Shown here: positions 1-11,025 of the stretch, piece by piece | Layout of the letters: the number at the start of each line of letters is the position of its first letter | How positions within the stretch are numbered: position 1 is the stretch's first letter | Source of the DNA: Stegostoma tigrinum | Lineage: Eukaryota | Length of the DNA: 64,000 nucleotides | Assembly: GCF_030684315.1 (NCBI RefSeq) | Contig: NC_081378.1 | Coordinates: 49,810,851 to 49,874,850 of the forward strand | Direction of reading: 5' to 3' | Notes under the pieces: generated by a model | The model's input: only the letters and a program-made list of their open reading frames with translations | The model's database searches: none | What the model was told of the DNA's origin: nothing | Program-made: the position numbers and the translations under genes

Positions 1-200
1 AAACAGAAGTTGCTGGAAAAGCTCAGCAGGTCTGGCAGCACCAGTGAAGAGAAAAATCAGAGTTAATGTTTCAGACCCAGTGACCTTCCCTCTCTGACGA
101 AGGGTCTAGGCCCGAAACGTCAGCTTTTGTGCTCCTGAGATGCTGCTTGGCCTGCTGTGTTCATCCAGCCTCACATTTTATTATCTTCCCTCAGAACCTG
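1..200. mobile_element. PLE family B terminal fragment (-) interrupted by family A hammerhead fragment (+, 93-184)
   Basis: cttccctc repeated at 85-92 and 185-192; insert nearly identical to 34516-34610. Confidence 0.8.
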
Positions 201-1024
201 TCGGGTTTGTTTAGTGAAACTGACAGACTGGGAAGGTTTCAAGGCGTGAAACTGAATAGCTGTGACACTACTTAAGTGAGAGAGTGTTCTTCCTGTGTTT
301 GACATGTGACTTCCAAATTCTCACAACATCAGTCACCTTCAGCTGCACCTCTAACAGCTTTATGTTGCAGTATTGGTGAGGAAGGGTAACAGCAGCATGA
401 CTAGCAGCGAGTCTCACTCCTCAGCTGCCTGCTCCACTGTGGGCTGAAATGGAAAGGACACAGGAATCCAGCCAGTGGCTGAGAAGCGGACTGTTGCTGG
501 ATGACCTCGCCCACTCTCTCTACTCTCTCCCCAGGCCCCCTTCCCCAGCCAACCTTCTGCTTCTTCTGTCAGGAGAGGAATCAAAGAGTTCAGAAATGGA
601 TTGTTAAGGGCATGAAGCAAACTATTGATTTGAAACGCCTGTGGAGCAGTTTTGGAATATAATTGGCAAAAGTGTTTGAAGGTCGACTATGAAAATGAAG
701 ATGTGCTTTTACACCAAAGCCATTGCAAAATGCTGCACTTTGAAATCTGAACGCAAAAATCTGGAAGCCAATGTGCAGAGAGAAACCAAGATAATATTTC
801 AGGTTGATGAACTTTCATCAGATCTATACTAATTACAATATTTATCCATAAACTAACAGCACTAAAATATCAAACACCAAACAAGATATCATAGATGCTG
901 GAAATCTGAAACAGATCTCAAATCAAAGGTCATTGGCCTGAAACCCTTCTCATTATAGACTTGATACTGATCCTAACAACTCCATGTGCAATTTAAACAT
1001 TGGCCAAATTATATAGAATTTGTA

Positions 1025-1300
1025 CAGTGTGGAAGCAGTTGTGAGTCCACAATGATCCCCCAACCCCCCACGCAGTCCAATAACTCTGCATTTCCTATGG
1101 CTAATCCACCTAGCCTGCATGCCCCAGGACACAATGGGCAATTTAGTATGACCAATCCACCTAACCTGCACATCTGTGGACTGTCAGCTTCCGGACAAAC
1201 CCACGCAGACATGGGAAGATTGTACATACTCCACACAGACAATTGCCCAATGGTGGAATCAAACCCAGGTCCATGGTGCTGTGAGTCAGTGTGCCACTCA
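1025..1300 (-). mobile_element. HE1-like (V-SINE type) tRNA-derived SINE
   Basis: ggctaatccacctagcctgca..cacgcagac..ctccacacagac core and reverse B box; similar to the other copies in the window. Confidence 0.8.
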
Positions 1301-1860
1301 CAAAGAGCAAGGAGATCAAAGGTGGTATGTTTGCTAGAATTGTATCTTTGTCCACATAAACTCTGCTTGTGCTCCATATATATACCTCCCACCGATCTCA
1401 CTTCACCACTGCTTGGAGACATTCATTGCATTTAGTTCACAGGCTTGCCTCTGGTTTACCACGTGAATTCAACCACTGCTGTAGATGCCTTTGTGTGCAG
1501 GCTATGAAGGATATTCAAGCAGCCTCTAGGTCTCCACCCACCCAAATAACGGGCCTATGCTACAGCCAGGAAACTACATTCTTACCACACTATGAGAAAG
1601 GCAACAGTGAAAGATTGGGCTGTTGATGGGAAGATCTGGGCCATTGCATAAGACAGCCATCATTATTATTTTGTATCTTATCAATTATTTAGTAGCTTTT
1701 TATTATTTTTGGAGATGTCATTTGCAGTATGAAACTTGGTTCAAACATTCTTCAGTCTTTCTGAGGTGTGAACCAGCATGTTCCTTTTCAGTCATTTTTA
1801 GGTACAACACTGACCTCTAGTGACAACTCCTAGTGACATCAGCCAGAGTCAACAAATTCT

Positions 1861-2051
1861 TAGTGATAATGGGAACTGCAGATGCTGGAGAATCCAAGAT
1901 AACAAAGTGTGGGGCTGGATGAACACAGCAGGCCAAGCAGCATCTCAGGCTGACGTTTCGGCCCTAGACCCTTCGGTCTAGGCCTGAAACGTCAGCTTTT
2001 GTGCTCCTAAGATGCTGCTTGGCCTGCTGCGTTCATCCAGCCCCACACTTT
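1861..2051. mobile_element. Palindromic PLE-terminus cassette (family A)
   Basis: Inverted arms; 13-bp TSD gtcaacaaattct (1848-1860, 2052-2064). Confidence 0.9.
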
Positions 2052-2079
2052 GTCAACAAATTCTCAACCATTTTAAAAA

Positions 2080-2900
2080 TTGGTATGAGGAGGCCATTCA
2101 GCCCCCTGACCCACTCATTAACATCATGACTGATTTGTGACTATAGTCCATGTGGCTAACATTATTCCACAATACCCCTGGATAACAAACTTCCATTAAA
2201 GTTGAGTTGAAGTAACAACTGATAGAAAGCCTATTTTCTTGCTGGTCTTGTTCACCATTGATTCCCACGCTAATCAAAAATCTGCAACAAATATACTCAA
2301 GTCTCAGTGGACTTGAAACATTAACCTCACAGTTAAACCCAGCCTCCATAGCTCCCTGGAGTTGAGAACTACAAAGGTTAATGAACCTCTGAAGGAAGAA
2401 ATTCCTCATCCCTCTCTTAAATAAGGGATCTCTTGTTTTGAAACTAGATCCCCTGGTTCTAGATTCCCTGACAAGACCTATCAGAATCAGACATGATTCA
2501 ATAAGCTCACCTTTCATTTTTGTAAACTTCAACATGCAACAGCCCAATCTGCCGAACCCTTCCTCATAAAATGACCCTTTCATCCTAGGAACATAAACAT
2601 ACCCCTCTTTAAATGAGGTGTTCAAAATGGTACACAGTATTCAAGGTGCATTCTCAGCAACTCCCTGTACAGAGGTGCCAAAACTTCTCCACTTTTACAC
2701 TCCATCCCCTTTGCAATATTTACTTCCTCATGACTTGCTGTACCTGGATACTAACTTTTTATGAATAATTTTTAAGAAGTTCCCTCTGAAGAGCTCCCTC
2801 TGTACTGCAGCATTTTCCCGTCTCCAATTACCGTAAATAACATTCTGTTTTTCTGTTCCACTCAGAATGTGGAAGACTTCACTACTTCTTACTTGTTCCC
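2080..2900 (-). mobile_element. CR1 (HER1-like) LINE 3' fragment
   Basis: Minus-strand YEE..RLG, RTRG.S.K, MRNFF.QR.INL motifs. Confidence 0.75.
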
Positions 2901-3309
2901 ATTCTGTGCATGATATATTCCCAAACTTATTTCCTTAAGAATCAGGGTTGAGAATATTTAGAGTACGCCTCCTAGACCGAGATTCCAAACCAGTGAATTG
3001 TCACTTTCCAGTTATGACTATTTTCCTGAGTATCTTGGAACCTGTTATATAATATAATGCATACGAAAGGGTTAATCTAGGAGCTATGCTGTAGGCCCAC
3101 ACTCTCTGAAATAAACCACAGCCACAGAGTTGGGCATTGAGCAGTTTATAGGCTCAGGAAGTTCTGCACAGTTATATTTGGGAATATATATGTTCTCTCC
3201 TCCTCAAATTACCATAAACATAATATAACCTGTGTGTGGTTATGAATATACCATAAACTTCTCTTGTCACCCAAGATAAGAGCTCGTTCTTTAAAAAAAA
3301 GATATATAG

Positions 3310-3520
3310 CTCATATCCAAACTCAGGGACATAGGTCTCAGCTCCCCGCTCTGTGACTGGATTCTCAACTTCCTGACCAACAGACCGCAGTCAGCAAGCA
3401 TAGGTGACAACACCCCCTCCTTGACAATCCTCAACACTGGTGCCCCACAAAGCTGCATATACAGCTACTCCTTGTACATACACGACTGTGTGCCCAAATG
3501 CTGCACCAACTTCCTTTAGG
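3310..3520 (+). mobile_element. Rex1/Babar-type RT fragment
   Basis: LCDWILNFLTNRPQ...IG....LNTGAPQ. Confidence 0.75.
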
Positions 3521-5304
3521 TTGTTATTTAAATCTAGCTGATTAGGCTTGGCTAAATCTACTATTTAATAAATTAGTGTTTAAATCCTGTGCTGAACGCT
3601 AGTTGTAATGGGTTTTTGGACTGTTAACTTATTACCAGTGTTGTGTGTGTGTGTGCAATGCACAACACGCTATATTATGCATGAATATTACTGAATTAGG
3701 GAACTATGGGCTGGGTGTGGTTTCTGTCTCTCTGCTGAGGTTAGAAAGAAAAACTGCTTTCTGCTGTGTGGCACAATATTTTCTACTGCAGGGGTTTCCA
3801 GCATTACTCCCAGGGCCTGATACTCTTGCACTTGCTTTGGGCGAAGCCTGAAGATGTTGGTTACTGTATAGCTCAGTAATTCTGGAATTCTTTCTTTATC
3901 CTATTGGGGCACAGTAGACCAAGAGCTGTGCTTCTTTGAAAATCTGGCGACTTGCAGAATGCATAGTAAACTATTCATGAACTGTTCCCGTCCTAATTGT
4001 TGAATGGGCTTTTATTTTCCCTGGGAAAATAAATTATTTCGAACAAGCTTGCACATTAACAGGGGACGAGAGGTTATTTTGGCTGTTTAATTTACACAAC
4101 CTTTCCCTGGGATGGCTGAAATTGCTGCCACTCCCAATACAGTTTAACTTATTCATTCACCAGACTTGAGCAGTTAGTTGCCAATCAGAAAGTACTGTGA
4201 AGATTAAGTGCCCTGTTTTGGCATTGCAGGGCAAAGTTGGGCATTAAACACATTGCTGTGGGATTGGAGTCATACATAGATCAGACTAGGTAAGAAGGGC
4301 AGATTTCCTTCCCTAAAGGACATTGATACATCAAGTTGATTTTTTAAATGACAATCCATCAGCTTTATTGTTGATGGTAGTGATGTATTAAAGATTCTTT
4401 AAATATCTGATTCTAAATACTGCCATTATGGGAGTTGAATTTCCAACTCTGAGGCTCCATTTCCAGGCTCCTGAAATATTAGCACACTCTCATTCGCACT
4501 AATTACCATTCCTATGAATGACTGCAGTAAAACAGGAGACTTACGATTTAATTGTAATATTGCACAGCTCCTAACAGGTGAACTGTTATTTATCCACATA
4601 CAAAGGATAAATAAGGTGTGGAACGCCACGGAGTTTACAGCAACAGGCGATTCTGCTCAAGCTGTCTGTGTTGTTATTTATCCTACACAGTAGTATCCTC
4701 CTCCCAATATACTTGTCATGTTCAAATCCCTTGACCCGCTTGCCTTCAAACATCAACCTGTTACCACCATTTCACCTCTACAGTCTCAGTGTAAATAACA
4801 GTCAATAAATAACAATCTTGCTTTTAATTATTTTCAATGATTTTGTTCAGACATGTTATGCCAAATATCCAGGGCAGGAGGGACTTGAACTCAACCATTG
4901 TGTCTATGATAACAACCTTACTTGTACTGGAGAACAACTAAGAAGAAACTTTGCAGTGACAACTATGCCTCCTATTTCTCACTCTTATACTCCCAAGTTC
5001 TTAATCTGTCTACAATGAGGTATGCAGGGATTCATTGCTTCTGGTCTTCATTCAGTCAATATAAATCGGGGAATCCAGTGGGTAGACCACAGGAATGCAC
5101 CAAATTGCTTTGGAAATGCAAGCAGATGGGTTTTGGTGCAGAAATCAATTTGCTAAAAGAAAAATGATGTTGATGCTGTACATCTGAAATAATCATCATA
5201 AAAAAATCAAAGTAGTGGCATATCAGACTCAAAATGTTAACTCTTGTTTTCACCACAGATGCTGCCAGATGTGCTGAATTGCTCCAGAATTTTGTGCTCT
5301 TACC

Positions 5305-6600
5305 TCAGGTTGCTGTTCAGGAAACCTACTTGCTGACACCCAGTTTGGGTTCTGCCAGGGCCACTCAGCTCCTGACCTCATTACAGCCTTGGTTCAAACA
5401 TGGACAAAAGAGCTGAATTCCGGAGGTGAGTTGAGAGTGATAACCCTCGACATCAAGGCTGCATTGGACCAAACGTGGCATCCAGGAGCCCCAGCAAAGC
5501 TGGAATTAATGGGTATTAGGGCAAACTCTCTGCTGGTTGGGTGATTCCTGGCAGATAGGAAGATGATTGTGGTTGTTGGATGTCAGTCATCTCAGCTTCA
5601 GACACCTCTGCAGAAGTTCATTAGGGTAGTGTCCAAGGCCCAAACATTGTAAGCCTCTTCATCAATGACCTTCCCTCCATCATAAGGCCAGAAGTGAGGA
5701 AGTTAATTGATGATTGCACAATGTTCATCATCATTTGCAACTCCTCAGATACTGAAGCAGCCCACGTTTAAATGCAACAAGATCGGGATAAAATCCAGGC
5801 TCGGGCTGACAAATGGCAAATAATAGTCACACCACACAAATGCCAGGCTATAATCATCTCCAAATGTAGACAGTCTAACCACTGCCCTTTGCCACTCAAT
5901 GGTGTTACCGTCATTGAATCTCCGCTACCAACACCTTCTGAGTTACCATTGACCAGAAACTCAAATGGACTCACCACATTAATATAGTGGCTACAGGATC
6001 AGGCCAGAAGCTGGGAATCCTGCAGTGAGTAACTCACATCCTGAGCCCCAAAGCCTGTCCACCATCTACAAGGCACAAGTTAGGAGTGTGATGGAAAAGT
6101 CCCCACTTGCCTGGATGAGTGCAGCCCCAACAACACTCAAGAAGCTTTACACCACACAGGGGAGAGCAACCTGCTTGATTGGTACCACACCCACAAATAT
6201 CCACCCTCTCCACCACCTACACTCAGTAGCAGCAGTATGGTCTATCTACAAGGTGCACTGCAGAAATTCACCAAAGAACCTTAGACACAACCTTCCAAAC
6301 CGACTACCACTTCCATCTAGAAGGACAAGGGCAGCAGATGCATAGGAACACCATCATCTGCAAGTTCCCCTCGAAGCCACTCACCATCCTGACTTTGAGA
6401 TACATCACCGTTCTTTCACTGTCCCTGGGTTAAGTTCCTGGAATTCCCTCCCTAAGGCCATTGAGGCTCTATCTACAGCACATGGACTGCAATGTTTCTA
6501 GAAGACAGCTCACAACCACCTTCTCAAGGGCAACTAGGGACAGGCAATAAATGCAGACCCAGCCAGTGATATGCACGTCTCACAAGTGAATACAAAACAA
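5305..6600 (+). mobile_element. CR1/L2-group LINE 3' portion (RT C-half + 3'UTR), decayed
   Basis: LDIKAA.D..WH, FINDLP, WQ....HKCQ, TIYKAQVRSVME.SPLAW motifs with stops and frameshifts. Confidence 0.85.
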
Positions 6601-7004
6601 GAAACTAAGTTGTTCTAATTTAACCACTTTTGTAACATCTTTAAATTGGTCAAAAGATCTACAGGTTCACCTGTTTCAGCAATGGTAAGCTGAAATCGAA
6701 CATCGACAGCAAAGGGTTAGCATGGCGATCTAAGTATCTATCCTTGCATTTGCCTCCCCATTGACAGAAATGCTCAGTCATGTTCAGCGATCTGAGAGTG
6801 TATTTTTAGTGTGGAAACAACTCATTCTGTACCACGGATTTCCTGAGAAGAAGACACAGCAGAATGAACAGTTATTGCCAGTTATGTGATATCTGGGAAG
6901 CCCGGTATCTTCAAGCAAAAAGTCTCCAACGCCTACTGTTTTAACAATCCCTTAAAAGAAAACTGAAATAAATCAAATTTTGAAGAATTTGGAAAAGTCA
7001 ACTC

Positions 7005-7372
7005 ATCAAGCATGGAAACACACTCTTTGGATGAACCAATCCATGCCGATCATAATCCCAAATTAAACCAGTCCCACCTGCCGGCGCTTGGCCCGTATCC
7101 CTCCAAATATTTCTTATTCATGCATTTATCCAAATGTCTTTTAGATGTTGTAACTGTGCCCACATCTAACACTTCCTCTGGAGGTTGGTTCCACACATGA
7201 ACCACTCTGTGTAAGAAATGTGGCCCCTCATGCTTTTTAAAAATCTTTCTCCTATCACCTTAAAAATATGCCCCCCCTAGTTTTCAAATCCCCTATCCTC
7301 GGGAAAAGGCACCCTCCATTCACCTTATCTATACCCCACATGATTTTATAAACCTTTATGAGGTCACTCCCT
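7005..7372 (-). mobile_element. CR1 LINE 3' end
   Basis: CR1 tail (ggcccgtatccctccaaa..atccaaatgtctttt..accactct) and RGD.IEVYKI-like segment on minus strand. Confidence 0.75.
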
Positions 7373-7789
7373 TAATAAATGTTACACCTAAAGCACCACC
7401 CACTGTGTTGTATGCTCAGGTGTTTATCTTTCAGTTCTTCAATGACAGAGTTCATGTTTCAACATTCTACTGGGTTTCCTTTTATTTTAAACCTCTTGAA
7501 CCTATAAAACATTTGGTCAATAGGAACCCAATCAGAGTTTTTCTTCATGTCACATCTTGTGGGCTTTATCCAAGATTAAAAATACATGTTATTAAATGAA
7601 TTCATTTAATGAATGCTATAATTTAAAATCACTCAGTCATGGTACTTGTTAATTCTTACTAATTAGCAACAAAACCTGATGTTGGGATTCACACACCGAC
7701 AACATCACCTTTTTCAGTGGTGGGTCTATTTCTTTGGTTTCAATCGCTGATAAAGCTATTTCTGACCACTTCCTTGAGTAACTTAAAAT

Positions 7790-8120
7790 TACTACAGTGT
7801 GGAAAGAAACCCCTCAGCCCATCAATTCCTCACTTTCCCACTGAAGAGCAGCACCACCTAGACCTTATTGTATTCCTGTAACCTTACATTTTCCATGGCT
7901 AATCCACACAGCCTGCACATCCCTGAATACCACGGGCAATTAGTACGGCTAATCCACCTAACCTGCACATCTTTGGACTGTGGGAGGAAACTGGGGCACC
8001 TGAAGGAAGCCCACGCAGACACAGGGAGAATGTGCAAACTCCACACAGACAGTCGCCCGAGTGTTGAATCAAACCTGGGTCCCTGGTGCTGTGAGGCAGC
8101 AGAGCGAACCACTGAGCCTC
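7790..8120 (-). mobile_element. HE1-like SINE
   Basis: Complete head (A/B boxes on minus strand), V-like core, CR1-like tail. Confidence 0.85.
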
Positions 8121-8985
8121 TGTGTTGGAAACTCTGGGTAACGCATTGAACTGGTTATGGGGAGAAGAATTGAGAAACACATCAGCCATGATTGAATGGC
8201 AGAGCAGACCCAATGGGCTGAATGGCCAAATTCTGCTTCTACATCTTATGGTCTATTTTAATATTGAACTGCCTGCAGTAATTCGTGTAATGAATGCTTT
8301 GCTGTGTAACTCTGGAAAAGTTAAACCAGCTGGATTGGTCAGAGAAGTGAGGAATCTTGACTTTAGAGCTTCCAAACTTGCAAATGATCAGCTTCAGTGT
8401 CTGAGCAATTGGGACAGCCTATTTTTCCAGATTCATTTGTCTCTTTGGGGCATTGGTGGCGACTGAACATTTCTTTCAGCACCCCCCAGCTTACCTGTGA
8501 ACCCCCCCTCACGCCGGTTAGAAAGACATGCCACAATTTTTACTCTGACAAAAAGAAAATAAGGAGGTATGTCCCAGCTGGAATAGTGTGCAAGGGAAAC
8601 TTGGAGGCGCCCTTGCTATTTTGCCGCTGTATTCTTGCAGAGGCAGCCCTGATGCATTGCTACATGCATCCTGTGGGTAACACACACTGAAAACCACAGC
8701 GTGTTAATACTGGACACTGAAAGCTGATGTTTTATCAATTTCACAGCGCTTTAGCGGAGACACTCTCATTCTTGACCTGTGAAGAAATTCGCTGACGTGC
8801 CGACAAGTCGAAGGAAACCATCCAGATTCGCTTGTTTTTTTTTCAAACGCAAAATAAACAGGGATGAAAATGATGTCTCTCGGTTTTCTGTCGCCAACGC
8901 GGTGCCTTTCAGGTGCAACAAGGTCTCTCAATGATTTGTCAGACTGAAACTCTGCAGTTTTGGGAAGTAATATATTTCTGACAAC

Positions 8986-9005
8986 GGGGGGGGGGGGGGG
9001 GGGGG
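8986..9005. repeat. G20 homopolymer
   Basis: Direct read. Confidence 0.9.
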
Positions 9006-9149
9006 TTTAGGGAGAACGAAGAAAGAAAAACAATTTCCGTAGGCAAGGGGGTTTGGTAGCCAAACGACACAGGGACCATAATTGGCCAACGCATCAGGGA
9101 GATGAGGTTTTTGCAGAATTTCAACAACGCACCCATTAAGTTGAATTGA

Positions 9150-9375
9150 CCTGGACCCACCTTCCCCGCTTGAGGTTTTTTCCCATGGCTAATCCACCTA
9201 GCCTGCACATCCCTCGGGCAATTTTAGCACGGCCAATTCACCCGAACCTGCACATCTTTGGACAGTGGGAGGAAACCGGAGCTCCCGGAGGAAACCCACA
9301 CAGACACGGGGAGAATGTGCAAACTCCACACAGATACTGTGAGGCAGCAGTGCGAACCACTGAGCCACCGTGCCA
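9150..9375 (-). mobile_element. HE1-like SINE with internal deletion, inside putative promoter region
   Basis: Same core; B-box segment missing. Confidence 0.85.
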
Positions 9376-9971
9376 CCTGCTTCGGACTGAGTTGTGCTCA
9401 GTCTGAAGGAGACATGGAAGCGAACACAGGAGGAGTTTTCAAAGGGGAACTGGAGGTGAACTTTGAAAGCAATTTGTAGGACTTTGGGAAATTAGCATGA
9501 GCTGTTTTGACAGCTTCTGCAAAGAGCTGGAGATCGGATTGACTCAGCGGCCAGTCATTTGGAGCGAATCAGCAGCTTTAAAGTTACATCAACAGAGAGT
9601 GGGGAGAACATGAAAGCCACTGCCATGTGGAAACGACAGGAATGGCATGTTGGAGGGAGGTTCGGTGCAGTGACGAGGAGATAGGACAGAAACGACAGGA
9701 GTGGTAGAGGATGCCTTTCGAGTTGGCGGAGGCAGATGGCATTGACCAGCTGGGCTGAATGGCTGTTGATTCTGTGCCGTTTGATGCAATTACCATTTAC
9801 GAAAGTGGAAGTACTTCGACAGACAAGCAGGAAGCCACGGAATCGGAAAAGGAAGCAAGTGGCACTGTTGAAGTAGGTCTGAAGGCAGAACCTCACCACT
9901 TTGAAGAAGCGGAGAATCGATAGACGCTCTCTCTTGATCTAGTTCTACAGATGCTCTGTGCAGACCAGAGC

Positions 9972-9986
9972 TGTGTGTGTGTGTGT
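9972..9986. repeat. (TG)7 microsatellite 25 nt upstream of the start codon
   Basis: Direct read. Confidence 0.9.
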
Positions 9987-10011
9987 CTGTGCATCTTAAA
10001 TACCGGGGACT

Positions 10012-11025
10012 ATGTTCCCAGTGAAGGTTGTGTTTCTCTGTCTTCTGCTCCTTAAGTCCTTGCTTGTCTTGCCCACTGAGCCCAAAGAGGAATTTCTATT
10101 CCGGGACCGCATCAACAACATCGCCGTCAGTACCAGCGGTCAGGTCTTCGTAGCCACTGACAACTCCTTGTATCAGCTGAATCAGGGCCTGGGCCAGGAG
10201 GTGGTCGAGAGCACGGGGCCTGGCCAGGATGGGCCTTGTGAGGAAGAGCATGGTTGTTGTGTCAAGTGGAAAGAAAAGGCCAACGTGAACAAGATCCTGG
10301 TGGTGGACGAGCGTCAGCAGATTGTTCTGACCTGCGGGACGTTGAGGCTGGGGGCTTGTGAGGTTAGGGAGTTGCACAACGTCAGCCACTATGAGAGTGA
10401 CAGGCTCAAGAATGTCGCCCCTGTCTACCCAGAGGCTTCGACAGTTGCCTTTCTAGTAAAAACCACGCGAGTCGATTACTTGGTAACGGCTGTGACTCCT
10501 GTTGGGGAGTCCAGCAAATACTTCCCACCTTCCTGCAAAGGCAACAGCAGTTACTACAATCCCATGAAGGAAGGATTGAACACCATTTTCGTAAGAAATC
10601 CTCGTAGGGGTAACACATTTTTGAGCTTTAATTATGCTGAATTTGGCGACGCAGTCGTAGAGGTGGACGAGCGGACTGCGGACCTCCAGTATGTACAGGG
10701 TTTCCAATGGCAGGAACATATTTATATCTGGCTTAATGTTAACACCTCAGGTCCACAGGTTATCCTCATGAACGTGAAAGAAGATGGCGCAAGTACGACT
10801 TGTACCGGTTTGGGAGCCAACCTGCTCTGCCCTAAGGATAAAAGTCAAACCCTCAGAGTCCTATCCTCCACCGCCTTCAACATCACTTCCTCAGATACCT
10901 TGATGGTCGCGATCTTCTCCGGACAAGGACAGTCTGAGTACAGCCAACTCTGCTTCTATAACATGACTGAGTTTAACACCTACGCCCAGCCTAAAGAAAA
11001 CTACCCCTGTTTTAAGAAGATATCG
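10012..11025 (+). CDS. PLXNC1: Coding exon 1: signal peptide + most of Sema domain (338 codons)
   Basis: ATG at 10012 with in-frame TAA at 9997-9999; hydrophobic leader MFPVKVVFLCLLLLKSLLVLP; Sema motifs; donor TCG|GTAAGT at 11026. Confidence 0.92.

Larger units (their letters stand above)
8690..10011 (+). promoter_or_regulatory. Probable promoter/5'UTR region of the plexin gene
   Basis: Locally CpG-richer, mostly non-repeat sequence before the ATG; AACCACA (RUNX-like) near 8692, TGACGT near 8793, clustered GGAA (ETS-like) cores at about 9807-9856. TSS not determinable. Confidence 0.45.

Noticed and set aside
986-1435. 149-aa and 137-aa ORFs, and similar ORFs at 7858-8213, 9146-9479, 17573-17866
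   Set aside because: Chance ORFs over SINE copies.
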